Source of the DNA: Lama glama
Taxonomy: Eukaryota
Direction: 5' to 3'
DNA: 64,000 nucleotides
Assembly: GCA_028534125.1 (NCBI GenBank)
Contig: CM052818.1
Coordinates: 35,032,001 to 35,096,000, forward strand
Position numbers and translations under genes: made by a program. Below are positions 14,367 through 27,300 of the stretch, one piece after another. The first letter of the stretch is position 1. Each line of letters begins with the position of its first letter. Under the pieces are notes generated by a model. It was not told the DNA's origin. It did no database searches and saw only the letters and a program-made list of their open reading frames with translations.

Positions 14367-14810
14367 ACATGTACACATATACATACCACATCTTCTTTAT
14401 CCATTATCTGTTTATGTGCACTTAGGCTGCTTCCATATCTTGACTATTGTAAATAATGCAATGAACATGAACATAGGGGGGCATGTATCTTTTCTAATTA
14501 GTGTTTTTGTTTTCTTTGAGTAAGTACCCAGGAGTGGAATTGCTGGATTAGATGCTAGTTCTGCTTTTAATTTTTTTGAGGAATCTTCATACTGTTTTTC
14601 CATAGTGACTGCACCAGTTTACATTCCCACCAGCAGTACATTTGAGGGTTCCCTTTTCTTTACATCCTTGGCAGTACTTGTTATTTGTTGTCTTTTGATG
14701 ATAACTGTTCTGACAGGTGTGAGGTAATATCTTATTATGGTTTTGATTTGCATTTCTCTGATAACTAGTGATGTTAAGCATCTTTTCACATGCCTGTTGG
14801 CCAACTGTTA
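13490..14810 (-). mobile_element. L1 3' end (L1MA-type) with embedded (GT)n
   Basis: Minus-strand peptides [22 protein letters not shown] and PAIPLLGTY...CPPMF..ALFTIVKIWKQPKC; L1 3' UTR. Confidence 0.9.
14335..14364. repeat. (TG)n microsatellite
   Basis: About 15 TG units. Confidence 0.95.
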
Positions 14811-15429
14811 TGTCATTTTTCAGTGCTTTTAAATAGTAAATGGAAGCAAGGCTGATTTGTCTGGGAGGAGTTGCTGCCTTCTCTCATGGTTCCTCACGGT
14901 TAATACAACCCAGGTGAAGAGCATTCAAGGACTTGCATTCCTGGCATACCCAGCAAGTACTTTTAGAAACACTGATGCGCATAGTGGATTGCCTCTGCCA
15001 ACATTGATACTGTATCCAGCAACATTGCTAAATTATTATTTTTTTTTAGTCTAATGGTTTACAAATAGGTTTATTATTAGGACTATCTACATATACAAGA
15101 GTGACATAGAACTGGTAGCATCAGTCATCCTTTTCATTCTCTATAGTTATAAGGTAAAGTTTTGAATATTATGCCATTTTAAGAATGGTGCTGACCAGTG
15201 GTAGGTTATTGTAGACATTCTTTATTAGATGAAGTTACTTCCTTTCTGTTTGTAGTCTGCTAAGAAGTTTTATAATGAACAAATGTTGAATTTTATCAGT
15301 TGCTTTTCCTCATCTATTATTTCAGTATATTATATTTTTTCTTTTATTCTGTTAATGTGGTGAACTATGTTGGTTTTATATATTAAATGGTAAAACCATC
15401 TCATATTTCTAAGATAAACCAATTATGAT

Positions 15430-15620
15430 ATATGAGTTTTGTTTCTTTTGGGGTTTGGGGTTTTTTTTTCTTTAAACACTTTATTTTTTATTTTTTTGTT
15501 TGTTTTTTGGGGGGGGACTAGGTTTATTTATTTATTTGTTTAACTGGAGGTACTGGGGATTGAACCCCAGGACCTTATGCATGCTAAGCAGTGTACTCTA
15601 CCACTGAGCTATACCCTCTC
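15430..15620 (-). mobile_element. Vic-1-like tRNA-derived SINE with long tail and target-site duplication
   Basis: Reverse complement gggagagggtatagctcagtggtagag...ggttcaatccccagtacctcc + aataaacctag tail; CCAATTATGAT at 15419-15429 and 15621-15631. Confidence 0.85.
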
Positions 15621-16049
15621 CCAATTATGATCATTATTAATCCTATATGTCACTAGATTCAGTTTGCTAATATTTTGTGTTTGACTTCTTTGTTTTGTTG
15701 ATGAGAAAGAATAGGCAGTGTCCCCTCACTCCCCCCCCCAAATAATGTCCTTATCAAAATTTGGTATCATGAAACAGATTGGTAAGTTTTTCCTGGTGTT
15801 TGGTTCTCTGAAAGTATTTATATAAGATTGTTGGTTTGTTTCCTTAAAAGATTTAGAAGAATTCACTGGTGGAAACCAGCTGGACCAGAAAATTTCTTTG
15901 TGTGGTGATATTTTACTTATAATTAGATCTTAACATAAATGTGGTAAAATATACAGATCGTTAAGTCCTCAGTTCACATACACATATGGGAATGTGAGTT
16001 AGAATAAGTGAAAGTAATCAATACAATTCACTGACTTAGAGGAAAACTC

Positions 16050-17560
16050 TGGCAAGAGTATATTAAAAATATTTTGTATCAGAATTTGAGTTATAGCCAA
16101 AGCAGTTATCAGGAAACAATTTATAGCGTTGAATCAATAAAAATAAAATAAGCATAGAACTAAATAAGCTAGGAAAAAAAGACTAACAAACCAATAGAAA
16201 GCTGAAGAAAGAATTAATAAAAATAAAATGGAAATTACTGAATGAGAAAAGAGAAAAATAGTAGAAACAGTTGGTTTTAAAATAAAATAGACAAACTTCA
16301 CTAACCTAACTTTTTTTTTTAAGAGTCACAAATTCGGGTTGAAATAAATACCAAAACAAAACACTTAGACTACAAGACTTTTCCACAATTCTTTAAAAAC
16401 TTAAATGAAATGGGATAATTTTCTAGGAAAATAGAATGTACAAATATTGAACCTGATGGAGATAGAAAGTCTAAACAATAAACTTCCAAACAAGCAGAGC
16501 TATGGAAGAGCTCGTCTTCAAAAGAGCACCATACACACCTAAATGGGTTTTCAGGAGACTTCAGCCAAATGTTTAATGATGAAACACTCTTAATGTTTTA
16601 AAAACTATTACAGAGCAGGGAAAATATTGTCCAGAAACAGAATCTTTTTGGAAACGAATTTTCAAAACTTTCCAGAGTACAGAGCTGTCTTGTGAATATT
16701 GAAGCAAAATCTTAAATAAAAGATTTAGTGTATAGAATTCAACTGTACATTAAAAATTATATGTCATAAGCAAATGGGGTTTTTGGATTATATGACTCAC
16801 TACTGGGAAATCCATTATTATTCACCGTATTAATAGAGCTAATGTGTAAAATCGTATTTCATCTCTATACTTGCTGATAAGGTCTTTGAGTAAATTGAGT
16901 ACTCAAACCCAGAATTGATAGATAACTTTAACATGATAACTTAGTTGAAAAACACTAGCAGCTTACTCCATAGCTAGAACAAAGAACAGGGTGCCTGCTA
17001 TCTCAATTCTTATAAAACATGATGTTAAAGGTGTTTACTTAATACAAGTAAGCAAGGGAAAGGAGGTGGAACAATAAGCAACAAGAAAAAGGGAAAACTA
17101 CCTCTGTATAGATGATACGATTATGTATCTGACAAACTCAAAAGAGTCAACGGAGATAAAAACTGATTAAAGAAGGGAATTGAGTAAAGTGGTAGGATGT
17201 TAGTAAAATTAATGCATAGCAACTAGCCATCACATATATAGATAAAAGTCAGTGAAAAAAGAGAACATATTCATAATAGCTACATCAGTAGCAACAAAAA
17301 CTCTGAGCATGACCTTTGTAAGATCTGTGCAAAGGACCTAAAACAACTGAATAGCCAAAAAGATGAAAATTCATTTGTCTTTCACACCGTGTTCCAGGAT
17401 AATTTCTAAACAAATTAAGAGATATAATATGTAGAACATGAAATTAAGTCCTAGAGGAAAGCATGCATGAATTCCTTTTAAAACCTGAAAGTATTAAAAC
17501 TTTTCTAACTGCTGTTTCTGGAAGCATATGTTTTTATCCTTTGACTTAGCAAACCCACCT
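16050..17560 (+). mobile_element. Old L1 (L1M/L1ME-type) ORF2 remnants
   Basis: A-rich strand bias; motifs acaagggtgcctgcta and gatgatacgattatgtatct (ADD-I-Y-like RT region). Confidence 0.55.
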
Positions 17561-17639
17561 CTAAGAATCAGTTCACGGATAACACTGTCAACAATACAAA
17601 ATAACATAGCTTAAGATTAGTGCTTAAGAACAGTGTAGA

Positions 17640-17810
17640 CTTGAACATGCATCAGAATCACCTGGAGAGCTTATTATGCAGATTCCTGAACCTCAACTTC
17701 AAAGTTTCTGGTTCAGTAGGTATGGGCTGGGATCTAGTAATTTGCATTTCCATCTGATTTTAGATAATGATGGTGGTGTTCTTGGTACAGCACCTTAGAA
17801 ACCACTGGTT
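17640..17810. mobile_element. MER5A-like hAT DNA transposon
   Basis: gcatcagaatcacctggagagctt...cagattcctg...tttgcattt...ttagaaaccactg. Confidence 0.75.
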
Positions 17811-18248
17811 AAAATACTGCAATGATAAGAGCAAAATAGTAGAAGTAACTAAAATGCTCATCAGAGTCCAGTTGAAGAAATTATGGTACATCTGCAAAGT
17901 GGAATTTTATGTAGCTATTGAAAGGAATGTAGAAGATCCCTATGTTCTGTTCCCCAGGATATATTAATTATATTTAAAGAATAAAGGTGCTGGACAATTG
18001 AATACATGATTTTTTTTGTTTAAAGAAATGATTAAACATATTAAAAAATATATATATACTATGTTTTCACCAAAACAAAAATACAAATAAAAAGCAATAG
18101 AAGGCTGAAAAGTAATATAAATGACTTCCTATAAGGGAAAGGAAGTAATAAAGTGGTGCAGACAGGGGAGGGAGCTAGACTTATACCAAAGTAACTTCTT
18201 TTTATAGCTTTGCATAATTAAAACAACTAAATACTTAAAATGTCCTTT

Positions 18249-18343
18249 TGGGAGGGAATGGGGTACTAGCTCAGTGGTAGAGCACATGATTAGCATGCAC
18301 GAAGTCCTGGGTTCAATCCCCAGTATCTCCATTAAAAAAAAAA
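18249..18343 (+). mobile_element. Vic-1-like tRNA-Ala-derived SINE
   Basis: tagctcagtggtagagcacatgattagcatgcacgaagtcctgggttcaatccccagtatctcca + poly(A). Confidence 0.85.
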
Positions 18344-19067
18344 AGTACTTTCTAGAAATATACAACTTAAAGCAAACTCAAGTATATGTCAAGTTTGTGG
18401 CATAATGACATAGATAAGTTGCTTTGGAATATATTTTAGGTGTAGGAGACCAGACACAAATCTTAAACTGCCTTCAGTAATTATATTGAAATTGTATATG
18501 AAATCAGATCTATAATAGAAAACAAATTAATAATTACAGTAATACTATTAGAAACCAGGTTAGCTGGGAAGAAGAAAAATGATAGAAATACAAATTCTGA
18601 GAAGTGAAATGACACTCCTATAATCGTAAACTCCTATTTAGTGTCTGTGCATGAATTTATTTAACTTTCTTCTTCAAAAAAGCTGCTTTTCTTGTTCAGA
18701 TCGTTGAGAAGTTTTAGAACCAGTGGTAACCGAGTAGCATTAAGCACCCCTAGTGTGCAGTGCATGGTCTTTTAATATCATTTTAAATTAAAAAATATCA
18801 GGGCTCCGTGGATAAGTGGGTGATCCAAGTGTGGGCAAAAAAAATTATGCAAGATTTGCTTAGGACTCTCTTTCTGTGCCAAATAGCAAGGGAGCATTAC
18901 TGGGACCGTGTCCCAAAGATGGTTTACAGCTTGAAGGAGCTCCCGCTACCCACAAAGGGGACAGTTTGAGTGCCAAATTTGTAATAATTGCTTTGATTCA
19001 AACATTTCAAATATGTAGACACCTATTATGAGTTGATAATGATACTTAAAAAAATCTGATTTAAGTG

Positions 19068-19511
19068 CTGTATTAGTTTTCTGAGGCTGCTGTAGCAAAT
19101 TACCACAAACTGGCTACCTTAAAACAACAGAAATTTATCTATTTTCTCACAGTTCTAGAGGCCAGAAGTCTGAAGTCAGGGTGTCAGCAGGGCCATACTC
19201 CCTACACAGGCTCTGGGGAGAAATCTGTTCTTTGTATTTTCTAGCTTCTGGTGGTTGCTGACATATTTGCCTTGTGACCACATCCTCCAGTCTCTGCCTC
19301 TGTCTTCACGTGGCCTTCTCTGTGTCTGTCTTGTGTCTAAGGACACTTATCATTAAATTAAGACCCCCTGGGGTAATCTAGGATGATCTTCTCATCTCAA
19401 GATCCTTAACTACATCTGCCAAGACTCCCTTTCCAAATAAAGCAACATACCCAGGTTCTGGGGACTAGGACATGAACATGACTTTTGGGGGCCACTACTC
19501 AGCCCACTACA
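19068..19511. mobile_element. MaLR solo LTR (MLT1A/C-like)
   Basis: tgtattagttttctgaggctgctgtagcaaattaccacaaactgg...cacagttctagaggccagaagtctgaa...cagcccactaca. Confidence 0.85.
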
Positions 19512-20424
19512 AGTACTTACTCTGAAAATTTACCAAGTTCAAATTTTGGTTGTGCTCCTTACTAGCTATGTCCTTTGACAGGCTAATTAAATTTTCAGGT
19601 ATATAAAGTTTAGATAATATCACAATATGCAAATATGTATATTTAATATTTATGTATAAATATATGTCTCTGAAAATCTTTTCATAATTTTATTTGCATA
19701 GAAAAATGTCAGTAAAGAGCCTACCCAACTGTATTATTTAGTTATCTCAGAGGGTAGAATTAGAGGAGATTGGGTGGGGTAGAAAGAGAAGTTGTACCCA
19801 CCTTAGAGGGTAGTTATAAGAAGTCAATGAAATTCTGTTCAGCTGAACCTAGCACAGCATTAGGCACATAGACGATGTAATTCCTGGTTTCTCTAATAAA
19901 ATTGTGTCTTGAAGACAATGTAGATACTAAAAGAAATGACAAGAGATGAGTTTCTCAGCATGTATTAAAATCTTGTTTGCTGTCTGTCATTGTGAACCTT
20001 TAATATTTGGAAGTTAGAGCAAAGTTTAAGTTGCATAGAAATTATGAGACCAGTACTTAAGGTTGTCATTTCTGGGAGATCTTCCTCATTGGTGGGTCTT
20101 AGAATTTTCTTGATTTATTTCAATTGGCTTTGAGATTCATTTGTGGTTTCATTTGCTAGAAAGGGCTTTTGCCTTAAACGGAAGCATTTCAGTTTGCTCT
20201 GGTAATTACATATAGCTTTATTGTCTCTTTTCTAGGCTGCAAAGTAGAATTCTTATCTTCTATAATGAGGTCATTTTGGTTTGTTTTATATTTGTTTTCA
20301 GACAGTATTTAGAGCAGGGGAGGAAATGTATATTCTCAGATTTCTGCAAATAATTAAGAAGAAAGTAAACATAGTTAAATATTAATAGTTTTTAACTTTA
20401 TTTTCATAATATCCCTTTAAAAAA

Positions 20425-21130
20425 CATTGGTCATATAAAAAAGACAGATAATAGCAAATGTTGACATGGTTGTGGAGAAATTAGAACCCTATTCATTTCT
20501 GGTGGAATTGTAAAAATGGTGCAGCCATCTTGGAAATCAATTTAGTTGTTCCTCAAAAAGTTTAAACTTGGAGTTAGTGCAAAACCCAGCAATTTCACTT
20601 TTAGATGTGAACCCAGGAGAATTGAAAACATATGTCCAACACAAAATCCTTCTAATGAGTGTTCATATTATTTTTCATAATGGCCAAGAAGAGTAAACAA
20701 CCCAAATGTCCATCAACTAGTGAATTAAAAAATGTGGCATATGCATATAATAGAATATTATTTGATGATTAAAAAGGGATAAAGAATTGGTACATGCTGT
20801 AAAATACATAAATCTTTAAAACATGCTAAGTGAAAAAAGCCTGTCACAAAAGAGCACATATTGTATGATTACATTTATATGAGATGTCTGGAACAGGCAA
20901 ATGCATAGAGACAAAAGGTAGATTAGTGATTGCCTAGGACTAGGGGAATGGGTGAGAGGAAAGAGAAGTGACAGCTAACCAGTACAGGGTTTTTCAGTGG
21001 GTGATGAAAATTGATTGTGATGATGTTTGCACAACTTTGCAAATATATTAAAAAGCCATTGAATTTTACACTTTAGGCAAATTGTATGGTATGTAAATTA
21101 TATCCCAGTAAAGCTGTTATTTTAAAAAAT
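20425..21130 (+). mobile_element. L1MB-type 3' end
   Basis: aaatggtgcagcc...aacccaaatgtccatcaac...atgctaagtgaaa...gtatgtaaattatatc + A tail. Confidence 0.85.
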
Positions 21131-22359
21131 GGGTCAGCATCTAAGTGTACCAAGGATATGATTTCTTTTTGTTGCTCAACCATCTCAAGAATTATCCAGC
21201 TCCATTTTTGTATGTTATGATGAAACCTTTTTTTTTAATGCCACACTATTGTATGTCTGTCCTTTCCCATATATAAACTGTATTATAGGGGTTGGGATAA
21301 AAAGCTGAGGTTAAGTGATAGGTCACCTTCTTAATATTGTCTACAGTTGTCCTCCATAAATGTTACCTACTGTGCATTCCTTTCTTAGAACATCTAAGTG
21401 TCCATTGAAATGCTGTATTCCAAAATTTGTATATTCCAATGAACCACGTTTCTACATTTTCATGTCAAGTAGCCTTCTACCTGCAAACTTTATATGATAT
21501 CTTAAAGCTTGTTAACCATACTGCAAAATGCCATTTTTGCTGTCCAGGCCTTTTCAGTCCAGCTACTATGAAAGGAGAAGGCATTAGTGTACACGGACTT
21601 TTCAAGAGTCTTCACTAGCAGTAGTGATTATTATTTTTATTATTAAGGGATCTGTATCAGCAATTTCTTGATCTCTTATCATAAATAATACATTGTCAAA
21701 CTTTATAGAACATAAAGACCTAATGGGAATTTTTATAAGATGTGTAGGCTCTTGAAGGGAAAACCCTCATTCACGTATGACTAAGGTTTGACTAAGCTCT
21801 GATGACATATAAAACAGCTAGTGATGAAGTAGAGAGTGGTTACACCCTTTGCAAACCTACATTGATTCCGTTTGAGAAATCCTAATGCACCCTTTTACGC
21901 TGGTGGACCTATAACTATTGATGTAAGAGATGAATATAAGAATTAAACCTGTGGTAGAGTTTCTGAGGTGGAATGACCTCATTGCCTTTATTTTGAAGAC
22001 AGGGAAAACTGGGATCCACTGTCAGTCTAGGGCTCTTCCACTGTGTCATGTTAGTATTAGACTTACCTTGAGAACATACATACTGTCCAACAGGCTCTAG
22101 AATCTTTTCCAAGCTTTATCTCACTTGATGACTCATAGTTTATATTCTGCTTCCTGCTTCTTCGATCAATTCTATTGAAAAATTAAAGAATGAAAAGTAA
22201 TGAATACTAACACCCATCCCTTCCCCGTCCTATCATCCTTCACTAGAGCTTTCTGAGGAAATAAACTGAAAAGGGAGGCTGTTTGCAGTAGAACTCCAAA
22301 GAGAAGATCCTTTCCAAAAGTGTTTGGTCACAGTTCTTAATACAGGTAGCAGCTTATGA

Positions 22360-22575
<216 letters not shown>

Positions 22576-24464
22576 TAATCTACTACCTTAAAAATGCACA
22601 TTTCTGGCAATCAATGAAAATTTCTTGAAAGGATGTTAAGTCCTTTTAAGGAGAAATTTTGTCCAGTTTCCCAACTTGTGTTTAATAATCTGTGCATGTC
22701 TGTGTTACAGATTTATGGTAGATGTTCTGTCATATTTGAAAAGTTCCTCATTAGTTTCCAGTTTGCTAGGAGGGTTGTGTGTATGTTTAATTATGAATAG
22801 GTATTGAATTTTTCAGTTTGGTTTTCTTCAGCGTTTATTGAGATGATCAGGTAGCCTTTCTCTTTAAATCAACTAATACACAGAATTCCATGGCTGGACT
22901 TTATAATGTTAATCTATACTTAGCTCTCAGGAATAAACCCTATATGTTTGTTACATACTTTTTAATATGTTATAGGTTTGTTTTTTTTTCCAGATTTTAG
23001 CTTGATTTTGTTATTTTTTTGTACCATCGTTGTACAATTTTGGGGTTAAGATTATTCTTAGCATCATAAAATAGGTTGTGTAGCTCTATTTTTCTAGATT
23101 TTTGGGAAAATTATAGAACTTTCACGGAAAAAATAATTTCTATAAGTCTTACCATTTAAAATTGTTTTCCTAGCATTTCAGTTTCATATACTACTACTGG
23201 TCTCTTGAATTTTTGCTTTTTGAGCCAATTTGGGGAATTTATTTTTCTTTAAAAATGGTCCATTTCAAATATTTTTCAAATGTTGGTATAAAGTTGTACA
23301 TAGTATTTATGTTTCTCTTTTGTTCCTTAGTTTATCACATTATCTTATTTTTTCCCAATGGTACTTGCTGACAGTTTATTTTACTGGGTTTTTCAGAGAA
23401 CTAGCTTTCAATTTTGTTGATATGCAAATTACCCATAAATTTAAATTTGACTAATAATTAAGGATGCAGACTACTTTTATCTTCAGATTGGTATATAAAT
23501 TAGAGCTTAATTATGATACCAAGCATTGGCAAGTATGTGGGAAAATGCCTACTCGTAGTTTGCTGGTGGAATATGAATTATTATAGCTATTTTGGAGAGA
23601 AATTTTGTGATATTCATTAAAATTTACTAAAATTTTAAATGCACATATCCCAGGACTGAGCAGTTAAATATTTGGGAACTTATCTTAGAAAAATGTATGT
23701 ATTCATATATACAGATATGCACACAGAAAAATGTTTGCATTAAAGTTTGTAATAGCAAAACTTGCAAGTAACCGTGTGTGTGTATACATATATATAACAT
23801 ATATATGTATATATGAAACTTCATAATAAACAATGGTGTATCCCTATGCTAAATAATTATACAAGATTAAAAGTTTACTTTGTAATGAAGTTGTTTTGTA
23901 TGTATAGACATGGAAACATCACCACACTATAATATTGAATCACTGAAATTAAATTGTGTTAACATGTATGGCGTGATACCATTCATAAAAACATAGATAC
24001 CCACAAAACAATAGTATGTTTTAATAGAAACATGAATGTATATATATATATACACACACATAATGTAAGTAAAAAAAAGCTCAATAAGGAAAAATTAATT
24101 GATGATTGTGGTTACCTCTGAGGATTGGGGAACAAGACTGAGTGATAGAATGACTGAAAAGATCTAATTTTCTGCTACTACAAGAATGAGAAGTCCGTGC
24201 TTTACTGGTGATTTTTAAGTTCTAAAAAAAAGTTAATGAAGAATTTTCACATTTATATAAAGGAGAACATTGGCAAAAAATATCCAAACTCTTAAGGGTC
24301 GTTAATGCCGTGTGTTTAATTGGTTTAATTCAGTTTTTGTCTACTTTGATAGAGTTTAAAGAAATTGGATAATCAGCATGCTCCTCATGACTTAGAAAGA
24401 AGTCATTTATTTATCACTAAAACCTGATTTGTTTTGTTTCTTACAGTCAGTTTTCTCTTTATAG

Positions 24465-24606
24465 GCTCTAAAACAGCAACAGCAGAAGAAGCAGCAGCAG
24501 CAGCAGCAGCAGCAGCAATGCAGGCCAAGCGTGTCCCTCCCCTCCAGCCAGCACCTCTCTCTGAAGACTGTCAAAGCGTCCAGTGACTCTCTACCTGCCA
24601 AACCTG
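24465..24606 (+). CDS. ASXL2: ASXL2 coding exon (probable exon 7), polyQ-containing
   Basis: ttatag|[56 protein letters not shown]; donor CTG|gtaggc; 142 nt, phase 0 to 1. Confidence 0.95.
24492..24518 (+). repeat. Coding (CAG)8CAA repeat (Q9)
   Basis: Read directly from the sequence. Confidence 0.95.
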
Positions 24607-25383
24607 GTAGGCAGACTACGTGTCTTTTCCGTGGAGGTTTCTTCTTCCAGATTTTTGTATATACCAAATTTGTGTACTGTATCATTTGTTTTTAAATTAC
24701 TGTATGTATTTACATAATTCTTGTACCACTGAATCATCAATATAAGTCTAGAGTAAACAGGGAAATTTATGCAATGCAATCTTGCAGTCGTTTAAAAATA
24801 CATCACTGGGATTTGCATATTAGAGTGAGATCAATGACTAACTTCCGCTTTATCTAACTTAATAATATTTGGAAGCCTGTAATTAGTAACTTCATAAAGC
24901 TGATACTCAGGCTGAACTCTCCACCACTTCTTTCCTTTAAAAATAAAAGGTTTTCCTAAGAATACATGCTGCCTTAGAGTTTTCATTGGACATATCCACA
25001 GGCCTTTGGATTTTTTGTTCTAGCTTGTTTTTAACCTAAGCTGGTCTAGATGTAGACATTGTATTTTATTACACAATTCACTTTGATGCCAGCTGATTAT
25101 GAGTTTGCCAGATTTAAACTTTGTCTTGCAGAACTTTGCCTTTTTGATAGGAAGGAAATTTGCCACTAGAAGCAAATAATGTGCTGGGAGAAGGGACGAG
25201 ATTTTATTTTACTTTTTGACTCTTAATTCTCAGACTCAAAACTTATATGGGGAGGGGTCACATTGTGTCATGCATAACTTTTTTTAGTTAGTGTTAAATG
25301 ATTTAATTGTTCATTTGTTTGATTGATTAGTTTCTATCTATGACCTTGGTGTCACCAGTCTTTTGTATATTTTCTTCCCCTAG

Positions 25384-25527
25384 CAGTATGGGAAGGAAAG
25401 CAATCTGATGGACAGTCAAGCAGCCCTCAGAACTCAAACTCTAGCTTTTCTTCTTCAGTTAAAGTAGAAAATCCTTTGCTAGGCCTGGGGAAAAAGTCAT
25501 TCCAGAGGTCTGACAGGCTCCACACAC
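25384..25527 (+). CDS. ASXL2: ASXL2 coding exon (probable exon 8)
   Basis: cccctag|CA GTA TGG (tandem TAGCAG acceptor); (A)[47 protein letters not shown]; donor CAC|gtaagt; 144 nt, phase 1 to 1. Confidence 0.94.
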
Positions 25528-25779
25528 GTAAGTTAATTTACAAAGACTTGAATTGTCATGCTTTGTCAGCTCTACATTTGAAATTCATCAACTGCTTGCT
25601 TTAATTGCTACTTCTGTTCACCTTTGAGCTCTTGAATATTTTCATGTTCTTCCTACCTTGCCCTTATCCAACTTCAATTCAGAATAAGATCTATTATGAG
25701 CCATTTTGTGGTTTATTTCTCTTCTGACAAGAGATTTCTCTATCTAGCATTATTTACATTTTATCTCTAGCTGTGTACA

Positions 25780-27300
25780 GATGGGTGTAGAAGGGCTTAT
25801 GATTAAACATGGCAAACCTTTTTCCTGCTCCCTCTGAAATCCTACTAAAATGAGAATATGGAAATACAAAAAATTAAACCCATAAGGGTGAAGAAAACAA
25901 GGAGACACCAGATGGACAGGCAATATCAACAAATTTTGAAAGATGACAACTGGGTAGGTCTTTCACAGAGCTGAGGAGCAGATGCCAGCTAAGGCTGAAG
26001 AGCATCAGAAAACTTTAAGAATTGGAGATATCGTGTGTCCTACTATAGAAGGGTGAGGCATAGGGTTGAAAAGAACCTTCTTTGAAAGTTAATAGGAAGC
26101 AGTTTGGCGCCTCAGCCTAGCAGGAAACAGGAGGTTTAGTTTGAGGTAAAGTTAAACCATACAGACTTCAAATTCAGAGATACCACACATCGCTGAGGAC
26201 AGATAATGAGGCAAGAGAGCGGAATCAGGGGAATCAAATAAAATACAAATACAGCTAGTGATCCTCCTGCTCGCTTGGCCTCCGGAATGTTAGCAGTAAG
26301 GCGTACTTCTTTCTACCTCCACTACTTTGTTCCTCCTCCCCACCTATGCTCTGGTAGAAGATGGGGAATTGGTACCTAAAGAAGTTGAATAGCTTCAGAA
26401 AAAAATCTTCAGACAAATTTATAGGTTCCCAACTAAACAGAGATCATCTTGATCACACTTCTGTGGAAACTGACCAGTCTCTAGGACACACCCATGTACC
26501 CAAAATTCCCAGTCAGCCTTTTTAGTGCTTCTCTTTTACTTGTGATCACTAATGATCACCTTTGAAGAAAACCTCCCACCATGAGAGACAGAATCTGAAA
26601 TACAGACTCAGAAGAAACAGACAATTCAATGAGAAAACTTTAAAGTAATGGCTTTAAAAACTATGATCTCCACAGGAAGAAATAAAAGATGGTTTTGCAT
26701 CCATGAAAGAACAATACTGTTTTAAAAATCAGAAAGAGTTCCATGATATTAAATAATGTGATAGCAGAAATAAAAAATTATAATAGAAATACTTAAAAGT
26801 GAAGGAATTTCCCAGAACGTAGGTCAAAGGAGCGATTCAAAAGGAAAGAGAAGGTAAGAAATTGGAAACATCAGTCTAGGCTGTCCAGTGTCTTAAATAG
26901 TAGGACCATCAGAAAGAAAGAACAGAAATTGAAAGGGAGATAAATGATAACAGAAATAATATAAGAAAATTCTGTAGAATTGAAAGCCCCAGATTCCAGA
27001 CCAAAAGTACCTAAAGAAATGTGAACATAAAGAAACCTATTCCATGGCACACTCTTTTGAAATTTTAAAACATCCAGTATAATAGAAGAACCCAAAAAAG
27101 CCTCCAAAGAGAAAAAAAATACTTCACCTGTAAAGATTCAAGACTTGGGATGGCAGGCATCTCAGCAGCAACGTAGAAGCTATAAGACAGTGCAGCAATG
27201 CCAGCAAGATTCTGAAAGAAGGTTACTCTGTATTCATTTATATAGTCCAGACCCTTCTAAACTATTAAGTATGAAAATAGAATTAATATTTTCAGACAAG
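25780..27300 (+). mobile_element. Old L1 5' region/ORF1 remnant
   Basis: A-rich; ORF1-like motifs (aatataagaaaattctgtagaattgaaa; gaaattttaaaacatccag...aaagcctccaaagagaaa). Confidence 0.5.

Larger units (their letters stand above)
13198..15003. mobile_element. Solo LTR (MER21/MER68-like) split by a younger L1
   Basis: tgtaa...gctaacaagttag...cagaagatacaagactcctg (13198-13470), resuming near 14820 with gacttgcattcctggcatacccagcaag...ctctgccaaca; TG...CA ends. Confidence 0.55.

Noticed and set aside
18249..18343. Functional tRNA-Ala genes (also 9471, 15545, 60946)
   Set aside because: Diverged stems, poly(A) or low-complexity tails and target-site duplications indicate SINE copies.
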